DNA of 64,000 nucleotides from Dendrobates tinctorius (GCF_039654945.1 NW_027361774.1:620001-684000), one strand, 5' to 3'; shown: positions 11,300-25,312, numbered from the stretch's first letter. The notes: generated from the sequence alone by a model not told the origin. A program made the numbers and translations.

Positions 11300-11545
11300 G
11301 TTTGGTCCCGTAGCCCATTTATCATCAGATTGTCTTGGTTCCTCGACATCTGACGCGGACCTTGTTAATCTGGGCAATGTCCCAGCTGGAAAGACTCTTT
11401 GTTCAAGAGACACTCTCATGTTTATTGAGGTAGGCACCATAGTGTTATGGACCACTTCTGGTATATTACGTCCAACAGGGCAGAGCTAGGATTTGAACCC
11501 AGTTTCCCACATTGGTGGCTGTGACTTTACTAAACGTGGCACGTG
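11300..11545 (-). mobile_element. Probable 5' end of the same R4-clade LINE (ORF start at 11419) with a tRNA-like head
   Basis: MRVSLEQRVFPAGTLPRLTRSASDVEEPRQSDDKWATGPN resembles R4/Rex6 N-termini as I recall them; same orientation as the RT fragment; B-box GGTTCAAATCC at ~11489-11499. Confidence 0.5.
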
Positions 11546-11729
11546 TATTGCTGGCTTCTATTATATCTTTTACCGAATGTTACCGACTTTTATGTTACGG
11601 ACTTTTTCCGATCATAAGAAAAATTTTCATTTTACCAATCATGAATCAGAATGTACCATATTAGCGCTGAATTTATGTTTGGTGATCGTTTTCCTAACAT
11701 ATTTGCTCATCTCTAATTTTATTTTTGGA

Positions 11730-14700
11730 GGTACTGTAGGAACATTATACTGTGTGTGGGGGTATGGCGGTACTATGAAAAGATTATACTGTGTGGGGGT
11801 ATGGCGGTACTATGAGAACATTATACTGTGTGTGGAGATATGGCGGTACTGTGAGAACATTATACTGTGTGGGGGTATGGCGGTACTAGGAGAACATTAT
11901 ACTGTGTGTGGGGGTATGGCGGTACTATGAGAACATTATACTGTGTGGGGGTATGGCGGTACTATGGGAAGATTGTACAGTGTGGGGGTATGGTGGTACT
12001 ATGAGAACATTATACTGTCTGTGTGGGGGTATGGCGGTACTGTAGGAACAATATACTGTGTGTGGGGGTATGGCGGTACTGTAGGAACATTATACTGTGT
12101 GTGGGGGTATGGCGAAACTGTAGGAACATTATACTGTGTGTGGGGGTATGGCGGTACTGTAGGAACATTATACTGTGTGTGGGGGTATGGCGGTACTGTA
12201 GGAACATTATACTGTGTGTGGGGGTATGGCGGTACTGTAGGAACATTATACTGTGTGTGGGGGTATGGCGGTACTGTAGGAACATTATACTGTGTGTGGG
12301 GGTATGGCGGTACTGTAGGAACATTATACTGTGTGGAGGGGTATGGCGGTACTGTAGGAACATTATACTGTGTGTGGGGGTATGGCGGTACTGTAGGAAC
12401 ATTATACTGTGTGGGGGGTATGGCGGTACTATGAGAACATTATACTGTGTGTGGGGGTATGGCGGTACTATGAGAACATTATACTGTGTGGGGGTATGGC
12501 GGTACTATGAGAACATTATACTGTGTGGGGGGATGGTGATACTGTGAGAAGATTATACTATGTGTGGTGGGATGGTGATACTGTGAGAAGATTATGCTGA
12601 GTGTGGGGGTATGGTGATACTGTGAGAAGATTATACTGTGTGTGGTGGGATGGTGATACTGTGAGAAGATTATACTGTGTGTGGGGGATGGTGATACTGT
12701 GAGAAGATTATACTGTGTGTGGGGGGATGGTGATACTGTGAGAAGATTATACTGTGTATGGTGGGATGGTGGTACTGTGAGAAGATTATACTGTGTGTGG
12801 GGGGATGGTGATACTGTAAGAAGATTATACTGTGTGTGGTGGGATGGCGATACTGTGAGATTATACTGTGTGTGGTGGGATGGTGGTACTGTGAGAAGAT
12901 TATACTGTGTGTGGGGGGGATGGTGATACTGTGAGAAGATTATACTGTGTGTGGGGGGAATGGTGATACTGTGAGAAGATTATACTGTGTGTGGGGGGAT
13001 GGTGATACTGTGAGAAGATTATACTGTGTGTGGTGGGATGGTGATACTGTGAGAAGATTATACTGTGTGTGGTGCGATGGTGATACTGTGTGTGGTGGGA
13101 TGGTGATACTGTGAGAAGATTATACTGTGTGTGGTGGGATGGTGATACTGTGAGAAGATTATACTATGTGTGGTGGGATGGTGATACTGTGAGAAGATTA
13201 TACTGTGTGTGGTGGGATGGTGATACTGTGAGAAGATTATACTGTGTGTGGTGGGATGGTGATACTGTGAGAAGATTATACTGTGTGTGGTGGGATGGTG
13301 ATACTGTGAGAAGATTATACTGTGTGTGGGGGATAGTGATACTGTGAGATTATACTGTGTATGGTGGGATGGTGATACTGTGAGAAGATTATACTGTGTG
13401 TGGGGGGATGGTGATACTGTGAGATTATACTGTGTGTGATGGGATGGTGATACTGTGAGAAGATTATACTGTGTGTGGTGGGATGGTGATAGTGTGAGAA
13501 GATTATACTGTGTGTGGTGGGATGGTGATAGTGTGAGAAGATTATACTGTGTGTGGTGGGATGGTGATACTGTGAGAAGATTATACTGTGTATGGTGGGA
13601 TGGTGATACTGTGAGAAGATTATACTGTGTGTGGTGGGATGGTGATACTGTGAGATTATACTGTGTGTGATGGGATGGTGATACTGTGAGAAGATTATAC
13701 TGTGTGTGGTGGGATGGTGATACTGTGAGAAGATTATACTGTGTGTGGTGGGATGGTGATACTGTGAGAAGATTATACTGTGTATGGTGGGATGGTGATA
13801 CTGTGAGAAGATTATACTGTGTGTGGTGGGATGGTGATACTGTGAGATTATACTGTGTGTGATGGGATGGTGATACTGTGAGAAGATTATACTGTGTGTG
13901 GTGGGATGGTGATACTGTGAGAAGATTATACTGTGTGTGGTGGGATGGTGATAGTGTGAGAAGATTATACTGTGTGTGGTGGGATGGTGATACTGTGAGA
14001 AGATTATACTGTGTGTGGTGGGATGGTGATACTGTGAGAAGATTATACTGTGTGGGGGGATGGTGGTACTGTGAGAAGATTATACTGTGTGGGGGGATGG
14101 TGGTACTGTGAGAAGATTATACTGTGTGTGGTGGGATGGTGATACTGTGAGAAGATTATACTGTGTGTGGTGGGATGGTGATATTGTGAGAAGATTATAC
14201 TGTGTGTGGTGGGATGGTGATACTGTGAGATTATACTGTGTGTGGTGGGATGGTAATACTGTGAGAAGATTATACTGTGTGTGGTGGGATGGTGATACTG
14301 TGAGAAGATTATACTGTGTGTGGGGGATAATGATACTGTGAGAAGATTATACTGTGTGTGGTGGGATGGTGATACTGTGAGAAGATTATACTGTGTGTGG
14401 GGGATAGTGATACTGTGAGAAGATTATACTGTGTATGGTGGGATGGTGATACTGTGAGAAGATTATACTGTGTGTGGTGGGATGGTGGTACTGTGAGAAG
14501 ATTATACTGTGTGTGGTGGGATGATGATACTGTGAGAAGATTATACTGTGTGTGGTGGGATGGTGATATTGTGAGAAGATTATACTGTGTATGGTGGGAT
14601 GGTGATACTGTGAGAAGATTATACTGTGTATGGTGGGATGGTGGTACTGTGAGAAGATTATACTGTGTATGGTGGGATGGTGGTACTGTGAGAAGATTAT

Positions 14701-16010
14701 ACTGTGTGTGGTGGGATGATGATACTGTGAGATTATACTGTGTGTGGTGGGATGGTGATATTGTGAGAAGATTATACTGTGTGTGGTGGGATGGTGATAC
14801 TGTGAGAAGATTATACTGTGTGTGGTGGGATGGTAATACTGTGAGAAGATTATACTGTGTGTGGTGGGATGGTGATACTGTGAGAAGATTATACTGTGTG
14901 TGGGGGATAGTGATACTGTGAGAAGATTATACTGTGTATGGTGGGATGGTGATACTGTGAGAAGATTATACTGTGGGTGGGGGGATGGTGATACTGTGAG
15001 AAGATTATACTGTGTGTGGTGGGATGGTGATACTGTGAGAAGATTATACTGTGTGTGGGGGATAGTGATACTGTGAGAAGATTATACTGTGTATGGTGGG
15101 ATGGTGATACTGTGAGAAGATTATACTGTGTGTGGTGGGATGGTGATACTGTGAGATTATACTGTGTGTGATGGGATGGTGATACTGTGAGAAGATTATA
15201 CTGTGTGTGGTGGGATGGTGATAGTGTGAGAAGATTATACTGTGTGTGGTGGGATGGTGATACTGTGAGAAGATTATACTGTGTGTGGTGGGATGGTAAT
15301 ACTGTGAGAAGATTATACTGTGTGTGGTGGGATGGTGATACTGTGAGAAGAATATACTGTGTGTGGTGGGATGGTGATACTGTGAGAAGAATATACTGTG
15401 TGTGGTGGGATGGTGATACTGTGAGAAGATTATACTGTGTGTGGTGGGATGGTGATACTGTGAGAAGATTATACTGTGTGTGGTGGGATGGTGATACTGT
15501 GAGAAGATTATACTGTGTGTGGGGGGATGGTGATACTGTGAGAAGATTATACTGTGTGTGGGGGATAATGATACTGTGAGAAGATTATACTGAGTGTGGT
15601 GGGATGGTGATACTGTGAGATTATACTGTGTGTGGTGGGATGGTGATACTGTGAGAAGATTATACTGTGTGTGGTGGGATGGTGATACTGTGAGAAGATT
15701 ATACTGTGTGTGGTGGGATGGTGATACTGTGAGATTATGCTGTGTGTGGTGGGATGGTGATACTGTGAGAAGATTATACTGAGTGTGGTGGGATGGTGAT
15801 ACTGTGAGATTATACTGTGTGTGGTGGGATGGTGATACTGTGAGAAGATTATACTGTGTGTGGTGGGATGGTGATACTGTGAGAAGATTATACTGTGTGT
15901 GGTGGGATGGTGATACTGTGAGATTATGCTGTGTGTGGTGGGATGGTGATACTGTGAGAAGATTATACTGTGTGTGGTGGGATGGCGATACTGTGGAAAT
16001 ATCTTTTGTG
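11730..16010. repeat. 39-bp minisatellite (~4.3 kb) with two sub-arrays
   Basis: Unit GGGGGTATGGCGGTACTGTAGGAACATTATACTGTGTGT up to ~12530, then GGTGGGATGGTGATACTGTGAGAAGATTATACTGTGTGT. Confidence 0.97.
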
Positions 16011-16072
16011 TGAGAGATGCCAGTACTGTGGACACACTATACTGTGTGAGGGGCATCATATATACTGCATAA

Positions 16073-16401
16073 GGCTGGTTTCACACTTGCGCTTTTTTGC
16101 GTTTTACATGGGTGCGCATACACATGCGTTTTTTTGTAGTGTGCGCTCGCGCGCACAAAATGCATCTTGTTGCATTTTTTGTGCGTCCAACCTGTCCCAA
16201 AAAAACTCATGTGCACGCAATGCGTTTATTTTCACCCACTCATTATAGTCTACGGGTGTGCTGACGTGCGCATGGTAATGCGCACATCAGCGCAAAAAAA
16301 GCATGTGTATTTTTTTTAAAAAACGCGCCTAAACCCGCAAAAAATGCACACAAACGCATGATGCATTTTTATGTGCGTTTGCAAAAAGTGTGAAAGTAGC
16401 C
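16073..16401. mobile_element. Harbinger-like MITE
   Basis: TIR GGCTGGTTTCACACTT / AAGTGTGAAAGTAGCC; TAA TSD on both sides. Confidence 0.8.
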
Positions 16402-16749
16402 TAAGGGGTGTTAGAAGGAGAGTCATAAGAACAAATCCTCAGGGCTGTGCGGCATTTGTACATAGACTGCCATCTGCCATACAGATGGCAGTCTATGTGG
16501 AATCAATGGGGAAAGGGAGAGTTTCAGGGAGGAAGAGTCTAGATAGTGCACCAGGTCAGGTGACCTTGAGGACACAGTTTCCTGATATTATAAAGGCCAC
16601 AGCCCCAAAGGAAAGGGGTGCGGGGAGGAATCTGAGGTACCGGCCATGGTAAAGTGCCCGAGGCAGCTGGTTGTGGGGCAGAACCCTGCTTACAGGGGCA
16701 TAATGGGGGCATTACACTGTGTGGGGCCAAGAAAGGGGCCCTGTACTAT

Positions 16750-17055
16750 GGGAACACTCCGTGCGCAGTATGAGCCTTTTTGACAGTGCGCCGACCTGCG
16801 CCAAACGCAACCTGCTGCAGTTTGGTTGCGCCGACGCACCGTCAAAAAGGCGCATGCGCCGCCAAACGCATAATGCGCATGGCCTGTGCCCCCAGTGATA
16901 AAGGGGAGCGGGAGATAAAGATAGGGGACGCAGGGCGCATGCAGCGTCATGCGCCGGTAGGCGGAGCTACCGGCGGAGGCGCGGCAGGGGCGGGGCTTAG
17001 CGACGGCCGTGCGCAGGCCGTCGCTGCGCTCAAAAACGCTAGTGTGAAACTAGCC
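16750..17055. mobile_element. Partial Harbinger-like MITE (right end only)
   Basis: Ends AGTGTGAAACTAGCC+TTA, same TIR family as 16073-16401. Confidence 0.55.
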
Positions 17056-17224
17056 TTAGATTGTGTACAGAGGCCACGACTTTACCACTGATGACCAATC
17101 CGTATCCTTAGGATGGGTGATCAATGTCTGATCGGTGGGTGCAACACCGCCACTCCCATCACTCACCTGTCACTGGAAGCTGGAACTGCACATACCCTGC
17201 ACCCCTCCGTCTCACTCACCCTGC

Positions 17225-20045
17225 AGCCTCTCACACCCCTCCATCTCCCACACCCCCTGCCCCCTCTCGCTCCCCTCTATCACACACCCCCTGCCCCCTC
17301 TCGCTCCCCTCTATCACACACCCCCTGCCCCCTCTCGCTCCCCTCTATCACACACCCCCTGCAGCCTCTCGCTCCCCTCTATCACACACCCCCTGCAGCC
17401 TCTCGCTCCCCTCTATCACACACCCCCTGCAGCCTCTCGCTCCCCTCTATCACACACCCCCTGCAGCCTCTCGCTCCCCTCTATCACACACCCCCTGCCC
17501 CCTCCCGCTCCCCTCTATCACACACCCCCTGCCCCCTCCCGCTCCCCTCTATCACACACCCCCTGCCCCCTCCCGCTCCCCTCTATCACACACCCCCTGC
17601 CCCCTCCCGCTCCCCTCTATCACACACCCCCTGCCCCCTCCCGCTCCCCTCTATCACACACCCCCTGCCCCCTCCCGCTCCCCTCTATCACACACCCCCT
17701 GCCCCCTCCCGCTCCCCTCTATCACACACCCCCTGCCCCCTCTCGCTCCCCTCTATCACACACCCCCTGCCCCCTCTCGCTCCCCTCTATCACACACCCC
17801 CTGCCCCCTCTCGCTCCCCTCTATCACACACCCCCTGCCCCCTCTCGCTCCCCTCTATCACACACCCCCTGCCCCCTCTCGCTCCCCTCTATCACACACC
17901 CCCTGCCCCCTCTCGCTCCCCTCTATCACACACCCCCTGCCCCCTCTCGCTCCCCTCTATCACACACCCCCTGCCCCCTCTCGCTCCCCTCTATCACACA
18001 CCCCCTGCCCCCTCTCGCTCCCCTCTATCACACACCCCCTGCGCCCTCTCGCTCCCCTCTATCACACACCCCCTGCGCCCTCTCGCTCCCCTCTATCACA
18101 CACCCCCTGCCCCCTCTCGCTCCCCTCTATCACACACCCCCTGCCCCCTCTCGCTCCCCTCTATCACACACCCCCTGCCCCCTCTCGCTCCCCTCTATCA
18201 CACACCCCCTGCCCCCTCTCGCTCCCCTCTATCACACACCCCCTGCACCCACCCGCTCCCCTCTATCACACACCCCCTGCACCCACCCGCTCCCCTCTAT
18301 CACACACCCCCTGCACCCACCCGCTCCCCTCTATCACACACCCCCTGCCCCCTCCCGCTCCCCTCTATCACACACCCCCTGCCCCCTCCCGCTCCCCTCT
18401 ATCACACACCCCCTGCCCCCTCCCGCTCCCCTCTATCACACACCCCCTGCCCCCTCCCGCTCCCCTCTATCACACACCCCCTGCCCCCTCCCGCTCCCCT
18501 CTATCACACACCCCCTGCCCCCTCCCGCTCCCCTCTATCACACACCCCCTGCCCCCTCCCGCTCCCCTCTATCACACACCCCCTGCCCCCTCCCGCTCCC
18601 CTCTATCACACACCCCCTGCCCCCTCCCGCTCCCCTCTATCACACACCCCCTGCGCCCTCTCGCTCCCCTCTATCACACACCCCCTGCGCCCTCTCGCTC
18701 CCCTCTATCACACACCCCCTGCGCCCTCTCGCTCCCCTCTATCACACACCCCCTGCCCCCTCTCGCTCCCCTCTATCACACACCCCCTGCCCCCTCTATC
18801 ACACACCCCCTGCACCCACTCGCTCCCCTCTATCACACACCCCCTGCCCCCTCTATCACACACCCCCTGCACCCACTCGCTCCCCTCTATCACACACCCC
18901 CTGCCCCCTCTCGCTCCCCTCTATCACACACCCCCTGCCCCCTCCCGCTCCCCTCTATCACACACCCCCTGCCCCCTCCCGCTCCCCTCTATCACACACC
19001 CCCTGCCCCCTCTATCACACACCCCCTGCCCCCTCTCGCTCCCCTCTATCACACAGCCCCAGCGCCCTCCCGCTCCCCTCTATCACACACCCCCTGCCCC
19101 CTCTCGCTCCCCTCTATCACACACCCCCTGCGCCCTCTCGCTCCCCTCTATCACACACCCCCTGCCCCCTCCCGCTCCCCTCTATCACACACCCCCTGCC
19201 CCCTCCCGCTCCCCTCTATCACACACCCCCTGCCCCCTCCCGCTCCCCTCTATCACACACCCCCTGCCCCCTCCCGCTCCCCTCTATCACACACCCCCTG
19301 CCCCCTCCCGCTCCCCTCTATCACACAGCCCCTGCCCCCTCTCGCTCCCCTCTATCACACAGCCCCTGCCCCCTCTCGCTCCCCTCTATCACACACCCCC
19401 TGCGCCCTCTCGCTCCCCTCTATCACACACCCCCTGCGCCCTCTCGCTCCCCTCTATCACACACCCCCTGCGCCCTCTCGCTCCCCTCTATCACACACCC
19501 CCTGCCCCCTCCCGCTCCCCTCTATCACACACCCCCTGCCCCCTCCCGCTCCCCTCTATCACACACCCCCTGCCCCCTCCCGCTCCCCTCTATCACACAC
19601 CCCCTGCACCCTCTCGCTCCCCTCTATCACACACCCCCTGCCCCCTCCCGCTCCCCTCTATCACACACCCCCTGCCCCCTCCCGCTCCCCTCTATCACAC
19701 ACCCCCTGCCCCCTCTCGCTCCCCTCTATCACACACCCCCTGCCCCCTCCCGCTCCCCTCTATCACACACCCCCTGCCCCCTCTCGCTCCCCTCTATCAC
19801 ACACCCCCTGCCCCCTCTCGCTCCCCTCTATCACACAGCCCCTGCCCCCTCTCGCTCCCCTCTATCACACACCCCCTGCGCCCTCTCGCTCCCCTCTATC
19901 ACACACCCCCTGCACCCTCTGGCTCCCCTCTATCACACACCCCCTGCCCCCTCCCGCTCCCCTCTATCACACACCCCCTGCCCCCTCTTGCTCCCCTCTA
20001 TCACACCCCCTGCCCCCTCTTGCTCCCCTCTATCACACACCCCCT
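17225..20045. repeat. 34-bp C-rich minisatellite (~80 copies)
   Basis: Unit CACACACCCCCTGCCCCCTCTCGCTCCCCTCTAT; gives 34-aa periodicity in all three + frames. Confidence 0.97.
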
Positions 20046-20193
20046 GTCCTCCCCATGTTCCCTGTTCCCGCCATTACCTCTCACAAGTTTCCCATCTTCT
20101 CAGCTTCCAGCCTGCAAGCTCTCTGGCTCCTCCCCCTTAAATGACATGATCGTTACCTCATCGCAGGTCCTGTACCATGCATCGGTGGCCCCA

Positions 20194-20545
20194 GATCATG
20201 TGACCCCTGACTCCTCCCCTCCTGTGACCTCATCACAGGTCCTGTGCACACAGAGCAGTCATATATGTGGCAGACTCTGAGGCCCCTGATCATGTGACCC
20301 CTGACTCCTCCCCTCCTGTGACCTCATCACAGGTCCTGTGCACAGAGCAGTCATATATGTGGCAGACACTCCTGGATCTTCTGCTTTCTGGGCCGGTTCC
20401 TCCTGTGAGTCCTATTAACCCTTTCGCTCCCTGTCTTCTCCTTTCTGACAGGACAATCTCTGAATTCGGACAGTGTGACAGGAATTTCAGCAATGTGGAA
20501 GGAAGAAATGACAATTTTACTGTTTCCCTCACAGAAATGTGACTT
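20194..20545 (+). promoter_or_regulatory. Recurrent ~80-bp motif (two copies here; also 32072-32146 and 34342-34420), candidate ZNF promoter/first-exon module
   Basis: GATCATGTGACCCCTGACTCCTCCCCTCCTGTGACCTCATCACAGGTCCTGTGCAC; E-box TCATGTGAC. Function inferred from position only. Confidence 0.4.
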
Positions 20546-21318
20546 CCCCCCAATGTATCATTGTCCTACAGGTGACAGGAGCGCTGAGGCCGCACAGTGC
20601 GCCGTGTCTCCTGAGGGCCGGTACCCCACAGGCTCGGGAGGGAAGGGGCGCCATTGTGGGGGGATAGACGGCGGACGCCGTGTGACCTGTGAAGAGCTCT
20701 GACACCAGAACAGCAGAGACCCCACAAGTGGCCCCATGTTACCCCCTCCACCTCTGGGGGCTCATCTAGGGGGCAGGGAGGATTATTAACCCTCAGGGGG
20801 TCACAGAATTGTGTAACATTGAGCGGAGGAATGAAGTGTTGCCACTAAAATGTCGCTCTGTCCCCAAGTCTGTAATTATCACACGGGAGAAGAGGAGAAA
20901 ACAGAAACCACTTGTTCCACAATTTCCCCTGAGTGCTAATACCCCATAAGGGGCCGGACACTCCTCAGGAGGGAAGGAGGGCCGTCTGACAGGGCAGAGT
21001 CTGCTCTTATGGTGTTAGGGGCCATGTCACATTATCAGAGCCCCCAATAAGAGGCGCCATGTTACACCCGCCACCTCTCAATTACTCATCTGTGTCCCAG
21101 AATTTTATACCATTGGGCGATGAGGAAAAAATAATTACATTTTACCACAAAAATAGTTTTCTCCCCAGAGTTTACCTTTATAAAAGGGGAAATAGGTAAA
21201 AACGGCCCCAAAATGTGTCAGACAATTCCCGATGACTGTCCGGCGCTTCATGCCCACCCGGCGAGGCTTGGGAGGGAAGACGCTATTGGATTCCTGGAGA
21301 ACACATTTTCTCAGGATA

Positions 21319-22827
21319 CAGTAGGGAGAATAAGTCTTTGATGTTCTGCCGATTTTCCAAGTTTCCCCCTACAGAGAATGGAGAGGTCGGTAATTGTTAT
21401 TGTAGGAAGACTTCACCTGTGAGAGACAGAATCTAACAATAAATAACAGACGATCACATCCTATGATTTCTAAGGAATTAATGGGAATTTTATTGCATGA
21501 AATAAGTATTTGACACAATAGAGAAACAGGATTTTTGCCCCCCCCCCATACAGATCTTCTCCAGATATTTCAGTTTTCGGAGCTGTTGCTTGGCAACATT
21601 GAGTTTCCGCTCCTCCAAAGATTTCCTGTTGGGTTCAGGTCTGGAGACCGGCTAGGCCACTCCAGGACCCTGACATTCTTCTTTAGTAGCCACTCCTTAG
21701 TTTCCCTGTCTCTGTGTTTTGGGTCATTGTTCTGCTCAAAGACCCAGCCTCGACCCATCTTCAATGCTGTTACTGAGAGAAGGAGGTTGTTAGCCAAAAT
21801 CTCCCGGTACATGACCCCATCCATCCTTCCTTCAATACGTTGCAGTTGTCCTGTCCCCTTTGCAGAAAAACACCCCCAAAGTATGATGTTTCCCCCACTA
21901 GGCTTCACGGTTGGGACTGTGTTCTTGGGGTTGTACTCATCCTTCTTGTTCCTCCTCACATATGTATGGAGTTGATACCCAAAAATTCTCTTTTGGTCTC
22001 ATCTGACCACTTGACCTTCTCCCATGCCTCCTCTGGATCATCCAGATGGTCATTGGCGACCTTCAAATAGGCCTGGACATGTGCTGGCATGAGCAGGGGA
22101 ACCTTCCGTGCCTTGCAGGATTTTAATCCATGACAGCATCATGTATTGCTAACTGTAATGTTTGAGACTGTGGTCCCAGCTCTCTTCAAGTCATTGACCA
22201 GGTCCTCGTCCCATGTAGTGCTGGCCTGATTCCTGACCTTTCTCAGAATCACCCTTACTCTACGAGGCGAGATCTTGCATGGAGCCCCAGACTACGGAAG
22301 ATCAGTCATCTTGTATTTCTTCAATGTTTCTAATAATTGCACCAACAGTTGCCTTCTCACCTAGCTGCTTGCCTATTGTCCTGTAGCTCATCCCAGCCTT
22401 GTGCAGGTCTACAATTTTTTCCCTGGTGTCCTTGGACAGCTCTTTGGTCTTGGCCATTGTGGAGAGGTTGGGAGTGTGATTGAGTGTGTGGACAGGTTTC
22501 TAGTATACAGGTAATAAGATTAAATAGGTGCAATTAATACAGGTAATGAGTGCAGAGTAGGAGGCTTCATAAAGAAAAACTAACAGGTCTGTGAGAGCCA
22601 GAATTCTGGCTAGTTGGCAGGTGATCAAATACTACTTTACTACTTTCATCCAATAAAATTTAATTTACTTATTTAGAAAACATACAATGTGATTTTCTGT
22701 TTTTTATTTTTACATTTTGTCTCACAGTTGAAGTGTACCTGCAATAAAAATTACAGACCTCTTCATTCTTTGTAGGTTGGAAAACTTGCAAAATTGCCAG
22801 CATAACAAATACTTATTTTCCCCACTG
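21319..22827 (-). mobile_element. Degenerate Tc1 transposon
   Basis: TA-flanked TIRs CAGT(A/G)GGG..AATAAGT; transposase remnant ([23 protein letters not shown]). Confidence 0.92.
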
Positions 22828-22849
22828 TAGTTTGTGGACTCCATATACA

Positions 22850-24620
22850 GTATGTGGGCCCTGCTATATACTATGTGGGCTGTGCTATATACTATGTGGG
22901 CTGTGCTATATGCTATGTGGGCCGTGCTATATACTATGTGGACTGTGCTATATACTATGTGGGCCGTGCTATATACTATGTGGGCTGTGCTATATACTAT
23001 GTGGGCTGTGCTATATACTATTTGGGCTGTGCTATATACTATGTGGGCTGTGCTATATACTATGTGGGCTGTGCTATATACTATGTCGCTGTGCTATATA
23101 CTACGTGGACTGTGTTATATACTACGTGGGCTGTGTTATATACTACGTGGGCTGTGTTATATACTATGTGGGCTGGGCTATATACTATGTGGGCTGTGCT
23201 ATATACTACGTGGACTGTTATATACTACGTGGGCTGTGTTATATACTATGTGGCTGTGCTATATACTATGTGGCTGTGCTATATACTATGTGGGCTGTGC
23301 TATATACTATGTGGGCTGTGCTATATACTATGTGGGCCGTGCTATATACTATGTGGGCCGTGCTATATACTATGTGGACTGTGTTATATACTATGTGGGC
23401 CGTGCTATATACTATGTGGGCTGTGCTATATGCTATGTGGGTTGTGTTATATGCTATGTGGGCTGTGCTGTATGCTATGTGGACTGTGTTATATACTATG
23501 TGGCTGTGCTATATACTATGTGGGCTGTGTTATATACTATGTGGACTGTGTTATATACTATGTGGCTGTGCTATATACTATGTGGGCTGTGCTATATACT
23601 ATGTGGGCTGTGCTGTATACTATGTGGGCTGTGCTGTATACTATGTGGGCTGTGCTGTATACTATGTGGGCTGTGCTATATACTATGTGGGCTGTGCTAT
23701 ATACTATGTGGGCTGTGCTATATACTATGTGGGCTGTGCTATATACTATGAGCTGTGCTATATACTATGTGGGCTGTGCTATATACTATGGGCTGTGCTA
23801 TATACTATGTGGGCTGTGTTATATACTATGTGGGCTGTGTTATATACTATGTGGGCTGTGTTATATACTATGTGGGCTGTGTTATATACTATGTGGGCTG
23901 TGCTATATACTCTGTGGGCTGTGCTATATACTATGTGAGCTGTGCTATATACTATGTGGGCTGTGCTGTATACTATGTGGGCTGTACTGTATACTATGTG
24001 GGCTGTGTTATATACTATGTGGGCTGTGCTATATACTATGTAGGCTGTGTTATATACAACGTGGCTGTGCTATATACTATGTGGCTGTGCTGTATACTAT
24101 GTGGGCTGTGTTATATACTATGTGGGCTGTGTTATATACTATGTGGGCTGTGTTATATACTATGTGGGCTGTGCTATATACTATGTGAGCTGTGCTATAT
24201 ACTATGTGGGCTGTGCTATATACTATGTGAGCTGTGCTATATACTATGTGGGCTGTGCTATATACTATGTGAGCTGTGCTATATACTATGTGGGCTGTGC
24301 TGTATACTATGTGGGCTGTACTGTATACTATGTGGGCTGTGTAATATACTATGTGGGCTGTGCTATATACTATGTTAGCTGTGCTATATACTATGTGGGC
24401 TGTGCTATATACTATGTGAGCTGTGCTATATACTATGTGGGCTGTGCTATATACTATGTGAGCTGTGCTATATACTATGTGGGCTGTGCTGTATACTATG
24501 TGGGCTGTACTGTATACTATGTGGGCTGTGTAATATACTATGTGGGCTGTGCTATATACTATGTAGGCTGTGTTATATACAACGTGGCTGTGCTATATAC
24601 TATGTGGGCTGTGTTATAAT
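22850..24620. repeat. 21-bp minisatellite (GGGCTGTGCTATATACTATGT)
   Basis: Direct inspection; grades into a TATGGAGGACTATGGG variant repeat to ~24950. Confidence 0.97.
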
Positions 24621-25312
24621 ATTGGGGGGTATATTATATTCTATGGGGGAGGCTGTGTTATATACTATGTGGGCTACATTATATTCTATATGGAGGACTA
24701 TGGGAAGTGTATAATACTATATGGAAGACTGAGCAGTGTATTTTAATATATGGAGGACTATAGGGAGTGTATTATACTATATAGAGGACTATGGGGCACA
24801 TAATAATATATGGAGGACTATAGGGAGTGTATTATACTATATAGAGGACTATGGGGCACATATTATATGGAGGACTATGAGGTGTGGATTTTACAATATG
24901 GAGGACTGCACATTATAATATATGTCGGACTATGGTGTGAATAATACTAAACAAGCAAAATGCTGCATATTCATCGAGTGATTGGATTGTTTATGCCGGA
25001 AGAAAAATCATTGTTCTCAGCAGCACATCGCCGGTGTAAACTGTAGATGTGCTGCTGATAACATGATACTGTCTGGGGACAGATTGATCTAATAGTGATT
25101 GTTCTGTTCCCATCATTATTCCTCAGCCAGTGGAAAGAGGCCGGGAAACAAGTGTGGAACGATTTCAATATTGTCGATCACGCTTGTTTAGCGGCCTGAA
25201 CTCAGCGCATGTAACTACAACCGAAATGCTCCTGTGTGATGTGCCATATGTCAGCATTTGGACCCCTTTTTAAACTTTGCCTAGGGCCCCACTTTGCCTA
25301 AAACCGGCCCTG
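24620..25312. mobile_element. Terminus of a probable non-autonomous hAT-like element that may carry the 21-bp array
   Basis: Ends AAAACCGGCCCTG (CAGGGCCGG on the minus strand); other end not found. Confidence 0.45.

Noticed and set aside
11478-11545. Functional tRNA gene
   Set aside because: Only the B-box/T-arm is recognisable; no convincing acceptor stem or cloverleaf.
11943-16013. WGYGG/WWDGD repeat ORFs
   Set aside because: Translations of the 39-bp minisatellite with frequent frame switches.
17113-20280. Three overlapping ~1000-aa Pro/His-rich ORFs (extensin/mucin-like)
   Set aside because: Artefact of a 34-bp unit with no stop in any + frame; no unique domain or splice context.
22832-24619. 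Cys/Tyr-rich keratin-associated-like ORFs
   Set aside because: Translations of the 21-bp minisatellite in all frames.
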